Source: Octopus vulgaris
Taxonomy: Eukaryota
DNA: 64,000 nt
Assembly: GCA_951406725.2 (NCBI GenBank)
Contig: OX597830.1
Coordinates: forward strand, 61,070,001 to 61,134,000
Reading direction: 5' to 3'
Shown here: one piece after another, positions 27,107-45,285 of the stretch
How positions within the stretch are numbered: the first letter of the stretch is position 1
How the letters are laid out: each line of letters opens with the position of its first letter
Notes under the pieces: model-generated
The model's input: only the letters and a program-made list of their open reading frames with translations
The model's database searches: none
What the model was told of the DNA's origin: nothing
Program-made: the position numbers and the translations under genes

Positions 27107-28339
27107 GCGAACGCACAAACACTCATAGACACACACACACACACACATACACACACATACACACATGCACATACACACACACATACACGCACGCACACAC
27201 ACACTTACACGCACGCACGCACGCGAACGCACAAACAATCATACACACATACATACATGCACACGCATACACATATATATATACATACATACATACAAAT
27301 ATATTCGTGTGTTTGTGCATATGTGTGTGTGTGTGTATACACGTTAGTGTGCGCGCCTGTGCAAATACAATACAGACATGTTCTCATGTTTGATTGAACA
27401 AATGCCTGGAAATCTGCAAGTCAATAGAATGTGAAATCGGCCGTGTTCTTTTAAAGTGCATATGGTTAGTGTGATGCATGAACAATGGACCGATGGACAT
27501 AATACATGCAAAACGATGGAGAAGAAACTATTGATAAATTTCGAATCTCCAGAGTCGAAGAGAGAATGTAGAGTAAGTGTTAGTGTATTAGTGATTGAGT
27601 GGATTAGGGAATATTCTGATAAGAATCGAATCTGTACTGTTTGCGTTGTTTTATTGGAGGGAGATGAATTTATATCAAGAATAGCTGTTTTATATTGATT
27701 GATTGGTAGTAACTCGCTCTTTTTGCGTGTGTGTTTGATTTTGATACGAGAAGTTAAGGATAAAGAATCGTACCCCTGGGTTTCATCAATTCTGAATTTC
27801 AGCGAAAGTTCAGCCGACCTGTCATTTTGTATGTAGGATCTCCTTTACTAAACAGACAGAACTTCTCAAAATATGAACAGCTAAAGTAGATTAAAGATAA
27901 ATGTGAGGTAAAAGTTAAAAATCAAGCAGGATACAAGTTCGGATTACCAAGAAATATGCCAAATGAATGAAATCTTTCAAATACCATTCTCAGAAAACTT
28001 CAAATAACTCCAAAGAAATCTTACAAGTTGGAGGTATTTGATCGAGTTAAAGTTGTTAAAAACTTGTATTAGTTTTCAACATAGGAACGGGAGAGAGAGG
28101 TTGAGGTTAGTGCTTAAGCAATACATATATATCATGGCCTAGAATCTGGTTTAGGGCTTCGAACATTTAGTCTTTAGGGTCTGGGATATCAACTTTGACA
28201 ATAGCTGTACTGAGCCACACATTATTCCTGAATTCCAAGTTGAAGAAGAATCGGAATATGACAGAAATAAATATAGGAAAGGAAACAGATTATCGAGGTA
28301 AAGTATAAGGGGAAATGTCGAGAGTGTGTCGAGAGTTCA

Positions 28340-28675
28340 TAACGAGAATAAGGGGAGAGAAATCACGTACAGCACGTACAGAAGAGGTGACAGCGGGCAG
28401 CCCTGACAGATCGAGCGTGCGATGTTAAACGGTTCCCATAGATGGCCATTTACTTTGACTACCGAGCAGATGTCGCTGTGCATTGCAGTGATCGAGCCAC
28501 TGAAAACGGGTCTGAAACCGGCCTCTTTAAGGTCGGCTTCCAGGTAGCGATGGTCGACCCTATCGAATGCTTTTGATTGATCCAAATTGATCAGGGCCCC
28601 ACAGAAGTCATCTTTCGTCCAAGCCCACACTATGATGTATCTAATCTTTATCTGACACATTGCGCTAGTCTCCAA
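28340..28675 (-). pseudogene. Tx1/L1-clade reverse transcriptase fragment
   Basis: GALINLDQSKAFDRVDHRYL...RSICQGCPLSPLLYVL (RT motifs). Confidence 0.85.
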
Positions 28676-28679
28676 TGAT

Positions 28680-29720
28680 GAACTGTAGCAGCTTCGTTGC
28701 AGTGTTGATTGTCATTGTATTATGAAACATTGTGTAAAGTGTTGCGTAGCTCTGTGTTGTGTAATGCTTTGTATAGTGGTCTTTGGTGGCTTTATGCGCT
28801 TTGATGAGGTTTACTGATGACTGGTGTAGCGCTGTGGGATGTAGTGCAGAGCAATCTAGTGTGGTTAAATGTTATTATTTAGTTGCAGATAAGATCTGTT
28901 GGAGCAGACCTCATTCCAATAGTCATCTTCATGTCCAATGTGTTCTTCACGTTTTTAAGTTAGTAGGTTGGATTTTGGGAATTTTGATGGCTATTTCTAG
29001 CAGGTCATACAACTGCGTAGGCTTCTCTCGTTGGCTTGTTTGGCTAAATGTAATACGATGAGGTGTAGTGTGGTGTTATGTAGCGTTATGTGGTGTGGTA
29101 TCCAGTGGTTCGTTTGTGGCTTCCACGAGACACCACATTGTTTATTACGGTGTGATGTGTCAATTCATAATGTAGTATGGTGCAGAGAGTGTAGTGTGGT
29201 GTGATTTGATGGAAAATCGTTTGACAATACGTAGTGTCATGAGGTGCAGAGTGATGTGCTTTGAATGAGTTTAATATAAAGGCAAAGCGAAGTCACGTGT
29301 GATGCTGTGAACGCTAACATGGCGTAGTGTTGTGTTTATTGTTTGTAAAAATGATGTGTTGTAAGAGTTGAAGATGTGGAGCAGTGAGGTGTTGTATCTA
29401 GTATCATATCTTCAACTGTTATGGAGTGGTGCATTATGGAGAAGAAGTAGCATTATGGTTAACTCTAATGTAAACTGTAACGTGGTGTAATATCATTGTA
29501 CTATGTGAGCTGGAGTATGGGCTGCTGTGTAGTGTGTGTTGAGTTTGGTATCGTTTTTGTCAGTTGTGTTGAGGTGAGTCATGATGTAGTGTAGAGTATT
29601 ATTCTGAGGCTTGATGTTGTGTACGTAGAATGGTGAAGTGTAATGCAGTGTAGCGTGATGTGAAGTGGTGTAAAGTAGTGGCTGTGGCGTAGACGGCTGT
29701 TTGATTAAATAGGTTTTGAT
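28680..29720. repeat. Highly degenerate pentanucleotide (TGTAG/TGTGG-like) array
   Basis: Recurrent tgtagtgtggtg / gtgtagtgtg words with strong G+T strand bias. Confidence 0.55.
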
Positions 29721-31739
29721 GTCGTCTGGCTTATTCAAATACTACTTGGGCGAATTCCTTGTAGGAGCTGCTCAAATATAACTAGCTAATGTGTCTCATA
29801 ACTTACCCACTTTCTTTCTCTTGTTTGTTTGTTTTTTCTTTAAATAAAAAAGGCCATATTGAAAGATAAATTGAAACAACTCCTCTTTAAACGCTCTGCT
29901 ATTGGCTTTCTTTACTATTTGTTTTCCTGTCCAAATAGATGCTTTTTTTTTACATCGTTAACGTCTCGTTCTCCCCCCCTTTCACACACATGTACATATG
30001 CACACACTGACACACGCACATATACACACACATATGCACACATGCACATACATACATACATAATACTTACATACATACATACATGCATACATACATACAT
30101 GCATACATACATACATGCGTACATACATACATGCATGCATGCATACATACATACATACATACATACATACATACATACATACATGCATGCATGCATACAT
30201 ACATACATGCATACATACATACATACATACATACATGCACGCACGCACACACGCACACACACACAAACGTACGTACACTTTCACATACGCATACATATAC
30301 CTATGTGAGCGCACACATACATACATCTTTCGCAAATTCATATCCTTCTATCCCATCACTCTCTCGCAACATCATAACAGATTTTTTGGCTCAACCTCCA
30401 CACTACTACTTTTACAGATTCGTATTTTCACCATCCATCACCACTCTACCTGTATTACAAATGTCGTCTACCTACTCTTTTCTTATTGTTAGCTCTCCTA
30501 TCACTTTTTCGGCTTAACAACACTGACCATCTTTCTATCTCACTTCCTCACTTCCTTCAAATCAGCACTAACCATCTTCACCCACCTGTCCTGCTCACGT
30601 CTGTGTGTCACTCCTTTAAGAGGTTCATGTTTGTTAAAACGAAGTCATGTCGCCGCCATGACACTTCCGGTATGTTCGCACCAATACGACAAAGTTACTC
30701 CCACCGACAGCAAACATCTTGTTCATTAGTTTATTCTGCACATAAGTACACATACTTGTACGTCTAATTACCCTTCCATTCAACTCATATCACCTACCCA
30801 CTTATCCATCCCCCCATTTTAACTAGAACCCTCCCCCCCAACTGAAATTTCATCTCTCTTCAACCTTTCTTCTCTATTTTTTTTCTCTGAACTGTCACTC
30901 TTCTTCAATGTCTCATTTCTTACCGTCACCTCTAACCCTTTACTTATTTATCTTTTATTCGCTCTATAGTTTCTCTCTCTCTCACCTTTTTCTCTTTTCT
31001 AAAACTCACACATTCTTATTTTCACTCTCATTTTCTCTATTTCTTTTCATTTTCTTTTAATCTTTACTATAATCAACTACATCGAGGGCAGTGGATGGGC
31101 AGATTTTTGAGTGTCAGAAAAATAAAAATGATTTGCATTATTTGTTCCGGTTCTTTACGTTCTGAGATCAAATCCCGCCAACTGGAAACTTACCAGTTCA
31201 GGATTGGTCTCTCATCCTTCCAGGATCAATAAAATTAGGCACTAGTTAATTACTTCCCCAACATTTCAGACTCTGTACTTATGTTAGAAATAATTATCAA
31301 CTGTTCTAAATCACAAAGATACCAGTGCTATACTAGGCAATATCTCCAGAAGCACGCCAACTTTTCTTTCATGATCACACCAACAACAATAACAACAACA
31401 ATATCACACCAACAACAACAAGAACATCACGAAACTACAACTATCACCACTACCCCCCACTACTACCATAATTATATCATCACCAATGGAACGTCTTTAA
31501 CAAAGAATGGGGAACTCCTCGCCTGCCGAATTTTCTCCACATTCAAATTTGAAAGCAGTTAAAATTAGTAGCTAGATCTCTCTCAAATGACATCAACCAG
31601 TCTTCAAAACAAACAAAAAAAAAAAAACAATAAAAGAGAAGGTCGGGGAGTCATTGGATATACTATGTTGGAATAAAAGTTGAGCGGCTACGGCCAAGAT
31701 ACCCTCAACCATAGGTTTTCTCATTCATGCCTGGCCTTT

Positions 31740-32945
31740 GGCTAAACTACACCACCCAGCAGCATTTAAGCCTTAACCGTTTACAGGGTCGCCAAAACTG
31801 AAGAGGGGAAGGAGGAAGTTACTAAAAAACTGGATACCTAGTCTTTTTTGTTTGCAAGAGTGGCCTTCACTAAAGGCATCTAAGATGCTGGATAATGATG
31901 TTAAACCGAGCGACAGTTCAAGTATATCACACAAATTGCTTAAACAAATACTACAAAAAACCTATTCCGACCTTACTGTTCCGCTAATCTACCGTCCTGA
32001 ATTGACAGTTTCCTGTCGTCTCCAAAAGGATAAAAGCCAAAGGCGACTTTAATATACGCAGCCATAAAAACCATCAGTATCCAGGAAAAATAAAAATGTT
32101 TACTGCATTAAAATATATATATATATAAAATAGATGCTGGGGGTAGCCAAGAATTGTGCAGCGGATGAAGAGATGAAGAAACAATAGGGAAAAAAGGACA
32201 TCAAACCGAAAATTACAAAACCCAAAGTTAAGGAGATATTTTATAAAAATGCAGCCATACAGGTAATACTCAACTCGGTAAGACTGAGCGGAATCAAAGT
32301 GGATGAAGAAAATCTCTGGACTAGCTGGAATACTCAAGACTCAAAACTGCAATTGAAGGTTTATTAATAGCAGCAGAAAACTGCAATCTCAGCCGAAACT
32401 ATCAAAAACATATATATGCATAATGTAACTTCAAAATATATGGATGAAGAAAGAGATAATGTTTTTTCTGGATGCAAAGGTGTAAGTGAAAAGAAAATAT
32501 ATACTGACATGATACGAGCGAAGCTTTCCTGCAGGAAAGAGATAAGGCAAACATACACCACGACAGATATCAGAGAATGATAAATTCATAGATGCCAATA
32601 TATTCAGACTGAGAGATTAAGACCGCAAGAATAAGAATGCCAGTTAATATATTCATCAGTTCCAACAGACGGTAATGAATCTCTAAAAGAAATGCAGACA
32701 ATAAGCAAATCTAAACAGCGTGGAAATAGCGATATCCAGAAAGAGGGGATTGGAAAAGGAACAATAGATTGCATGAGAATGGTGAAATGAAATGAAATGA
32801 AAACCAATGTAAAGCCTAACTCCTAGAACTTAGACTTATGCACAACACGCGGAAAATAACGCAAGGCACTGCACCCCCAAGATAAGCAGCCTTGCCGTGC
32901 CTTGGGTTGGGCAGTATTACCATAGAATAACAAGCAAGAGTAGTG
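31740..32945 (+). pseudogene. Decayed R4/Dong-like LINE 3' part ending at (AAT/GAT)n
   Basis: Remnants EGLLIAAE, RP...CQLI..SVPTDGNESLKEMQTISKSK. Confidence 0.55.
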
Positions 32946-32964
32946 AATAATAATAATGATGATA

Positions 32965-33250
<286 letters not shown>

Positions 33251-33336
33251 TAATATTAATATTAATATTAATAATAATAAAGATAATAATAATAATAATA
33301 ATAATAATAATAGTAACAACAACAACAACGACAACG

Positions 33337-33373
<37 letters not shown>

Positions 33374-33394
33374 CGACAGTTTCAATTATTTGCC

Positions 33395-35340
33395 ACCAGG
33401 GCGAAGGACGAGAGGGCCAATACAAAACAGACACAGGGTGTGGGGATTTACATATAAATGAGATTATTAAAAAAATATTGTGTAAGTATGCACCTTGTAC
33501 AATGAAAAAAAGAAAGGAAATGTACATAGTATACAAAGGTTAAGAAAAAAAGGGCGGCGATGATAGAGATGTAGTCCTCTTGATAAGGATAATCTGTAGG
33601 GATAATCGAGGCACCCCACTGTCCAAGATAACCTTGAACATCAAGGGCAAGTGCCCTCTCCAATTCCCTTTCTCCAACTCACAGGTCTGCACTTAGAGTG
33701 GTACCATCCACTCATGCCATTTTCGTAACTTTCATCCACCTTTCAATAAACTCACTCGAGGACAACGCTTCCTTCTCCACTCTCAATTTCCTTTTCAAGT
33801 GAAACTCGAAGTCAATGAGACCTGTACCAAAGAGGAATGTATCTGTCTTCATGCCTTTCAAGTTCTTCCATCAGATAACCTCTTTCGCCACAGCCACCAG
33901 GCAAAGGATAACTGCCTTGCCTGCCCGATTAAAGGTGGGCTGCGAGGCAATCATCACTATGGACTCGACCGATAGACGGATCCGTCCCACACATGATAGT
34001 AGCTGTTCGACATGACCCTACTGAACGAGTGCGTGCAGAATGGTTTCGTCACTCTGCGCGCACCTCGGACAAATTCATCTGAGAGCACATTCGTGCTTGT
34101 AGAATTTATCTCGAACCGGTAGGGCCCCCTGTTAGCACTGCTAAGCCAAGGACATCTGGAAATTATCCATGATGGTTCCTGACCGGAAAGTCCTCCGGAA
34201 CAGATTGGTCAGTTTATCTTCGTCAACGCCCAGAGTCTCCCTCAGGACGTCGTCGCACTTTCCCATCACTAATCCTCTATAAATAAATAAGTGTAACATC
34301 CACCGATTCTTTTGCCCGACTGGTAGGGGACAGTGAGCGCCTGACGATATTCTAAGTGCCAGGCGCCCAGTCTTGGTCCATCCTTCTCCCTGGACAGCGG
34401 AAATACGTGCCTCACAAACGGAGCCCACATACGTTCACCTTCTAGAAATCGTTGCAGGTGGCGCAACCTGGGCGCATGCCTGCGCATCAAAAGCCTTGGC
34501 ATGCCTAAGCCGACACTCAGCGGGAAGCTGACAGCAGATTGGCCACTTGAACATTGGAACGCGTCCCTTCCACAGGAACAGGAACAAGAGATGCTCCAAA
34601 TTGATCAAGCAATAACTGAGGCAAAGCACGACGATCAGACGATAAGTGATAACGGAGGCGATGTAGGCATTCACCACCTCTTCCCGACTTCTAAATCGAT
34701 TGTGCAGATCACAATTTTGTGGTCTGTGTAGCCGACCAATTTGAATTGTGGGCACCCTATACTATCCTTATCCGCTGACTTAATAAATACTCTATCTATG
34801 TACGATCTGGATGACCCATTGTGATTGCTCTATGTTCACGCCGGCACATCAGGGAAATCCAATCGATACCTGTCAGAAAGCTGGAAGTTTCTGAGTAGGT
34901 TTTCGAGGCTTTTGCACCCACTTCTATGTACTAAACCATACAATCCTTCCGAGTGTCCAAAATACTATTCCAGTCCCCCACTAGTATTAAAGTGCGAGAC
35001 GTTGCCAGGAATGTTTCTAGACGCCTGAAGAAATCTGGCCTCCTAGCCCCTGTTGGAGCATACACGGCAACCAATCTAAAGGCGCCACCTTCGCTGCCAT
35101 TCACATCTAGATCCACCAACCCACTGTCCGTATCCAAGAAGAATGCCCATACTTTGAGACCGAAGGATTTTCGGGAAAATGCTGCTACATCGCCGCCCGC
35201 TCTCGACAGAACACAAGATGAGAATACTTCGTAGTCTTCGAAAATAGCCCCGAATATTTACACAGCCATTTAACCTAGAGGAAAGAAAATGGCATTATGT
35301 ACCTTGGTCACCAGGGATGACTATTGACATAGTCTTCTTT
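33395..35340 (-). pseudogene. Decayed, internally deleted Tx1/L1-clade LINE (APE endonuclease and post-RT region)
   Basis: FRLVAVYAPTGARRPDFFRRLETFL...LILVGDWNSILD; FLFLWKGRVPM; CPRCA zinc-knuckle remnant near 34060. Confidence 0.8.
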
Positions 35341-35458
35341 TTGACCGAGTGGGGAGTGGGAAAGGGTTTTTGTAGGAAGTTTGTTATTTGGGGGTTACTT
35401 GTTAAACCCTCCAATGTCCTGAGGAATTTCGTTTCAAATAAATATACGTGTCCATATC

Positions 35459-35647
<189 letters not shown>

Positions 35648-35671
35648 AATCCAGGTTCGAAATTTCCCCAA

Positions 35672-35717
35672 GACACCTGATGAAGGCTGGAGTGTATGTC
35701 AGCCGAAACGCTGTGTT
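35672..35717 (+). ncRNA. Minimal type-I hammerhead ribozyme motif with canonical CUGAUGA core
   Basis: gacac-CTGATGA-a-ggctg gagtgtatgt cagcc-GAAA-cg-ct-gtgtt; stems I and II pair; the base expected to be U16.1 is C in this copy. Confidence 0.8.
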
Positions 35718-35819
35718 AACAACAAACAAGATGAGGACAAATATCCGTCAAATGTAAATAATATAAATAATGAACAAAATCATGTCTTCTCAAAATATGC
35801 AAAAATGCAAAACAATTAT

Positions 35820-36280
35820 TGTACCCTCAAAAAAGGAGTGGAATTACACAAAATGTTACCATCACGATCCATGGTACCGTCCACTCTTACCATTTTCGTA
35901 ACTTTCACCCACCTTGCAATAAACTCACTCGAGGACAACGCTTCCTTCTCCACCCATAATTTCCTTTTTAAGTGAAACTCGGAGAAGTCAGTGAGAGCTC
36001 TACTCTAAGGAATGTATCTTTCAACCTCTTCCACTAGACAACGTCTTTCGCCACAGCCACCAGGAAAAGGAAAATTGCCTTCCTTGCCCGATCAAAGGTG
36101 GGCAGCGAGGCAAACATCATCACTATGGATTCGGCCGATAGATGGATCCGTCCTACACGTTACAGCAGCTGTTCGACATAACCCCACAAGTCAGCAATGC
36201 CCGGACGCTCAATGAGTGCGTGCAGAACGGTTTCGGTCACTCTGCGCGCACCTCGGACAAGCCCATGTGAGGGCACATTA
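35820..36280 (-). pseudogene. Second Tx1/L1 3' fragment, homologous to ~33700-34090
   Basis: Shared cattttcgtaactttca...aataaactcactcgaggacaacgcttccttctccac and ctctgcgcgcacctcggacaa. Confidence 0.8.
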
Positions 36281-36301
36281 TAATAATAATAATAATAATA
36301 A

Positions 36302-36643
<342 letters not shown>

Positions 36644-36660
36644 TAATAATAATAATAATA

Positions 36661-37572
36661 AAAAGAGCGAATAATGCAGATATTGACAAAGCCCTGACCC
36701 ATCAATGGCTAATGGCCTCTGACTTAAAATCTGAAACAGAAGGGTTTATCATAGCAGCTCAAGATCAATGCCTACCAACAAGAAACTACCAGGCCAACAT
36801 ATTAAAGAACGGCAGTAGCCCAACATGTCGTGTATGCCGACAACAAAAGGAAACCATTGATCATGTTGTCTCCAAATGCAGTCTTCTAGCGCCTACAGAG
36901 TACCTCAACAGGCATGATAGAGCTGCACAATATATTCACTGGGTAATTTGCAAAAACCTGGATTTGCCCCATGAAAAAAACTGGTGGGAACAAAAACCAC
37001 CTCCAATACTTGAAAATGACCACATCTCACTCCTCTGGAACTTCACCATTCAAACTGACAGGAAGATAGATGCAAATAGGCCAGATATCATATTGAAACA
37101 TGCCCCTTCATTGATATGACTGTCCCAATCGATATAAACGTATCTGTCAAGACCTACCAAAAACTGAGCAAATATAAAGATCTTGAAATAAAATCAGCAA
37201 AATGCGGAACCTGAAGACTAAAACAATACCTGTTGTCATAGGTGCCCTGGGAATGATAGCGAAAGGGGCTGATTGCTACCTAACTCAGATACCAGGAAAC
37301 CCCAAAATGGCAGAAATTCAAAAGATAGTGCTCATGGGAACTGCTCATATCCTACGCAAAATACTCTCTATGTAATCCCAAGGTTTAAAACAAACTTTAA
37401 AAAAAAAATTTATGTATTAGACATTCACTAGTACAACCACCCCCCAAAAAACCCCCAAATATGTGGCACACTAGGCATAACAACAACGTGAACTTCCAAC
37501 CTGTTGTCTCTTGAGGTCTCTGGGTGAGACTTGGAGCCAACTTGTACAGACATAAAGCAAAAGTCAAACATA

Positions 37573-37573
<1 letters not shown>
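36661..37573 (+). mobile_element. 5'-truncated R4/Dong-like LINE copy (zinc knuckle + RLE + 3' UTR), frameshifted, with (AAT)n on both sides
   Basis: Closely similar to 39453-40400; small deletion after RPDIILK. Confidence 0.92.
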
Positions 37574-37638
<65 letters not shown>

Positions 37639-37673
37639 CAACAACAATAACAACAACAATAATAAATTATCAT

Positions 37674-40400
<2,727 letters not shown>

Positions 40401-42324
40401 AATAATAATAATAATAATGATGATGATGATGATGATGAGGAGGAGGAGGAGGATGATGATGATAATTTCTAGCATTGATACAAGGCTCCTAATTTGAGAG
40501 TGAGGTCGATTTAAAGTCAGTAGAAAACCCCTTATACAATAACTGTCCGACTTGAACCCTTTTCTAATAGCCTACCAGATCTCACTTTTGTTCATCCCGG
40601 CATGTATGCTGTAAAGTAGAAGTACCCGCGTCAGCAGCACTGTGATAACAATATGTAAACATCATTATAGTCGTAATAATCGATACCTGATAAACCTCGG
40701 ATTTCTTGAAGAGGATTTATAGGCTGCCGAAGATATTAATATATTCTTGTGTTTTTGTAATGAGTTGTGGCCATGCTGGCTAACATATGTATATAGGTGT
40801 GTATGTATGTATGTATGTATGTATGTATGTATGTATGTTTGTATGTATGTATGTATGTATGTATATATGTATGTATGTATGTATATATGCATGAATGTAT
40901 GTATGTATGTATGTATGTATATATATATATATATGTATATATGTAAGTATGCATATGAATGTATGTATGCATGTATGTATGTATGAATGTATGTATGTAT
41001 GAATGTAGGTATGTATGTATGTATGAATGTATGAATATATGTATGAATGTACGTACGTATGTATGTATGTATGTATGTATGTATGTATGTGTATGTGTGT
41101 GTGCGAGCGTGCGTGTGTACGTGCATGTGTATGTGTGTGTGTGTGTGAGAGCATTTCATGAACTTTATCTCAATGTCCTTGGTCTTCCAGCGACAATTAT
41201 CTAAATATCCCTTAAGACAAAACTTAACCTATCCTGACAGAGATGACTTTAACATTTGTATCACAGACCAGATATACGAATCGGTTTTAGATTTTCTGAC
41301 TAGTGACTGCTAGAGTAGACAGTAAACGTTAGCTTCATTGTCAACAGTCTGAAATTGTGGAACCACAGCACAAAGGCATCAATAATCTTCAGAAATCCCC
41401 TTTAGCTTATGAGATGTGAGACTAGTGCATTAGCTAAACCTAGCGATTAAAAGCGGCGCGAGAAAACTTTCAGTGTAAATCTGGCCAATTCTCTTTATTA
41501 TCCCTTCGAAACTACACACAGATTAAGTTCTTATTAATAAATACAATGAAGAGAAAGTCTATCACACCACCTACCCCTCTCTCTGTCTCTCCTCTCCGTC
41601 TCTCTCCTTTTATTCAATGTATTTGTATGTACGTCTTTAAATGAGTGCACACATATGTTCATATGTTCGTATATACGCGTGTGTGTATATAAGTGTACAT
41701 AGACAGACAGATAGATGGATAGATAAATATATAGATAACTAAGTTATGTATTGAATAAACTTCCAGCTCGTTGGATTTCTAAATATATATCTGTATCAAT
41801 CAATCAATCAATCATTCTATGTCTATCTAGCTATCTATTTGTCTGTCTCTCTGTCATCCTGTCTGTTAGTCAATCCATCTTATGTTTTGCAAAGGACCGA
41901 AGAAATTTATGGATACATTCCACCCATCTCTCCTCCACTAATGACACACAGCAACATTGGCCAGTCTCCCCTGCTGGAAAACAGACTATCGATTTTGGAG
42001 TTTTCCACACCCTAAAGAGAAGTAGGTAAATCACCCAATTCCATTGATGTTATTGGCCGAGACATAAAACATGAAACCGAGGAGCGACCATGGTCGGTAG
42101 GATATGGCGCAACAACGTCATAAGGCGTATCAAGTTTGTAGCCGCTGAGACAACACTTACATACACACACACATACATACATACATACATACATACATAC
42201 ATACATACATACATACATACATACATACACACATACATACAAACATAGATACACTTTCACAATCACCGTCGCATATATATGCATGTAGGTAATGTATGTA
42301 CACACACGCGCACACAGACATGTA

Positions 42325-42383
<59 letters not shown>

Positions 42384-43396
42384 GTGTGTGTACGTGTATG
42401 TATGTATGAATGTATGTACGTAGGTATGTGTATGTGTGTGTTTGTAGCTATATATATATATATATATATTATGTATTTATACACACACACATACATATGT
42501 GTGTGTGTGTGTGTGTATGTGTTTGTTTATATGTTTGAATGCTGGGTGGATAGATGGATGTGTATATATCTCCTTGCTCAGAAATATAACATAAAGCTTA
42601 ATATTATCTTTGTTGTGTAGGGAACAAGAGCGAAAAGACGTGACTGGAAGATAATCGCCAGCTTTTCAGGCAGACCGATCTGTCAACTGACTATGTCTAA
42701 GCATTATTTGCCTTTAAGCTGACTTAGGCGCTTCATGTGCGATCGTCTGTTTAGATATTAAGCAGTCGATCTTTTGTCAACGTTTGCCGTAGATTTGTAA
42801 CATTGACTTAAAGATTGAAAGACTATACAGTGGTTCCTTTTTTTCTGTTAATTCGGCGAACTTTCGCAATGAACATGTTACTATAACCATCAATGGACAC
42901 TACGCATAGCTATTTCTCTTCTACTGTCGGGATTTTTTCATAGACTGACCTTTATGAATAATGGGAGTGGCTTCTACATTCAGCTTCAGACTGATTCTTT
43001 TAGGCTGGAGTCATTTGGAATGCATAGATAAAAGAGATATTGAAAGGTCTTTAATAAAATTTATATGAATATAATTTTTTTCTGGTAGAGGCACAAGGCC
43101 AGCAATTTTGAGTGAAGGTGGTTGTCAATTAAATCTATCCCAGTACTTGAGTAGCATCTTATTTTATCGAACTCGAAGAGATACAGGCCAAAATGATCTC
43201 GGCGAAATTTGAAGTAAAAAAAAATACAAAAACAGGAAGGAGTAATGGCACTAAGCAATTTTTTTTTGGCTCCAAATCTGCCGTGATCAACTTTGCCTTG
43301 CCACCTTTTGAGATTGATAAGTACTTGGGTCTATGATACCAACTAACTCCTACCCTTAAAATTTTTGGCCTTCTGCCAAAAAATTAGAAAAGAATG

Positions 43397-43430
<34 letters not shown>

Positions 43431-43660
43431 GGCGGCGAGCTGGCAGAAACGTTAGCGCGCCGGGCCAAATGCTTAGCGGCATTTCGTCTGTCGTTACGTT
43501 CTGAGTTCAAATTCCGCCGAGGTCGACTTTACCTTTCATCCTTTCGGGGTCGATAAATTAAGTACCAGTTTCGCACTGGGGTGGATGTAATCGACTTATT
43601 CCCTTTGTCTGTCCTTGTTTGTCCCCTCTATGTTTAGCCCCTTGTGGGCAGTAAAGAAAT
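43431..43660 (+). mobile_element. SINE family A, full length, within (TAT)n
   Basis: ggcggcgagctggcagaaacgttag head, gagttcaaattcc B box, gtaaagaaat tail. Confidence 0.9.
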
Positions 43661-43663
43661 ATA

Positions 43664-43699
<36 letters not shown>

Positions 43700-43704
<5 letters not shown>

Positions 43705-44080
43705 CTTCATTCACACGGTGGGGATTTTCTTACCAGTGGATTGTTTAACTGACTCAAATTATGTAACCTCAGATGATACTTTCCCGCAGGATATTTGCTG
43801 GTCTCAGAAGTGTTGTATTTTCGCAATATCGTAATGCTAGGATAGATTCCAATTGTGTCAAGGTGTTTCGGGGTGGGGGGGGGGGGGGCTTTTCGTTACC
43901 GACACAAGTGATCCAGTTTGGCACCACTCTCTCTTGCTTTCGCATTCCACTTTCTTTTGGCAAGTCTGTTCGCAAGTCTGCATATTTTGCAATTTTTCCT
44001 CGTTTGCTTTATCATTGATGTAATGATCGGCTGCGCATGTTACATCAACAAAAATCTCCATTAAAGTTGTTGTTGTTATC
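43700..44080 (-). pseudogene. R4/Dong-like RLE 3' fragment between trinucleotide tracts
   Basis: IFVDVTCAADHYINDKANEEKLQ; TTLLRPANILRESII*. Confidence 0.55.
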
Positions 44081-44095
44081 ATTATCCTCCTCCTT

Positions 44096-44139
<44 letters not shown>

Positions 44140-44144
44140 TATTA

Positions 44145-44179
<35 letters not shown>

Positions 44180-44183
44180 GTTG

Positions 44184-44218
<35 letters not shown>

Positions 44219-44597
44219 GTTGTTGTTGTTGTTGTTGTTGTTGTTATTACTGTTGTTACTATAGCAGCAAGCTGAGAGGATCGTTTAAATGGAGCGTTGG
44301 AAAAATGCTCTGAAGTATTTTGCTTAGACTCTTTACACCAATCTTCACCTCTTACCCTTTCATTAAAGTATTGCGATCAATGAAATCGACTAACTCCTTC
44401 CCTCAAAATCCCTGGCCTTGTGCCTAATTTAGAAACAATTCTTCTTCTTCTTCTTCTTCTTCTTCTTCTTCTTCTTCTTCTTCTTCTTCTTCTTCTTCTT
44501 CTTCTTCTTCTTCTTCTTCTTCTTCTTCTTCTTCTTCTTCATCTTCTTCTAATCGCTATTATTATCATTACCATTATTATTGTTATTATTATTGTTA

Positions 44598-45218
44598 GGG
44601 CGGCGAGCTGGCAGAAACGTTAGCACGCCGGGCGAAATGCGTTGTCGTATTTCGTCTGCCGTTACGTTCTGAGTTCAAATTCTGCCGAGGTCGACTTTGT
44701 CTTTCATCCTTTCGGGTTCGATTAAATAAGTACCAGTTACGCACTGGGGTCGATGTAATCGACTTAATCCGTCTGTCTGTCCTTGTTTGTCCTCTCTGTG
44801 TTTAGCCCCTTGTGGGTAGTAAAGAAATAGGTATTTCACCCATCGTTACATTCTGAGTTCAAATTCCACCGAGGTCGACTTTGCTTTTCATCCTTTCGGG
44901 GTTGATTAAATAGGTACCTGTTGCACACAGGGGTCGATGTAATCGATCTGATCCCCTCCCCAAGCTGCCCTTGTGGCAAAAAACTTGAAATCATCATTAT
45001 TATTATTATTGTTGTTGTTGCTGTTGTTGAAGGCGGAGAGCCGGCAGAATCGTTAGCACGCTGGACAAAATGCTTAGCGGCATTTCGTCTGTCGTTACGT
45101 TCTGGGTTCAAGTTCCGTCGAGGTTGACTTTGTCTTTCATCCTTTCGGGATCAATGAAATATATACCAGTTGAGCACTCCCTCCCCCGAAATTGCTGTTC
45201 TTTTGCCGAAATTAGAAA
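44598..45218 (+). mobile_element. SINE family A dimer (44598-44990) plus a further copy (45030-45218)
   Basis: Junction aaagaaatag|gtatttc at 44830/31. Confidence 0.88.
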
Positions 45219-45236
45219 CTATAATAATCATTATTA

Positions 45237-45285
<49 letters not shown>

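Noticed and set aside
41940-42155. Possible Tc1/mariner DDE remnant on the minus strand
   Set aside because: Only faint similarity (YDVVAPYPT, RPITSMEL); not supportable without a profile search.
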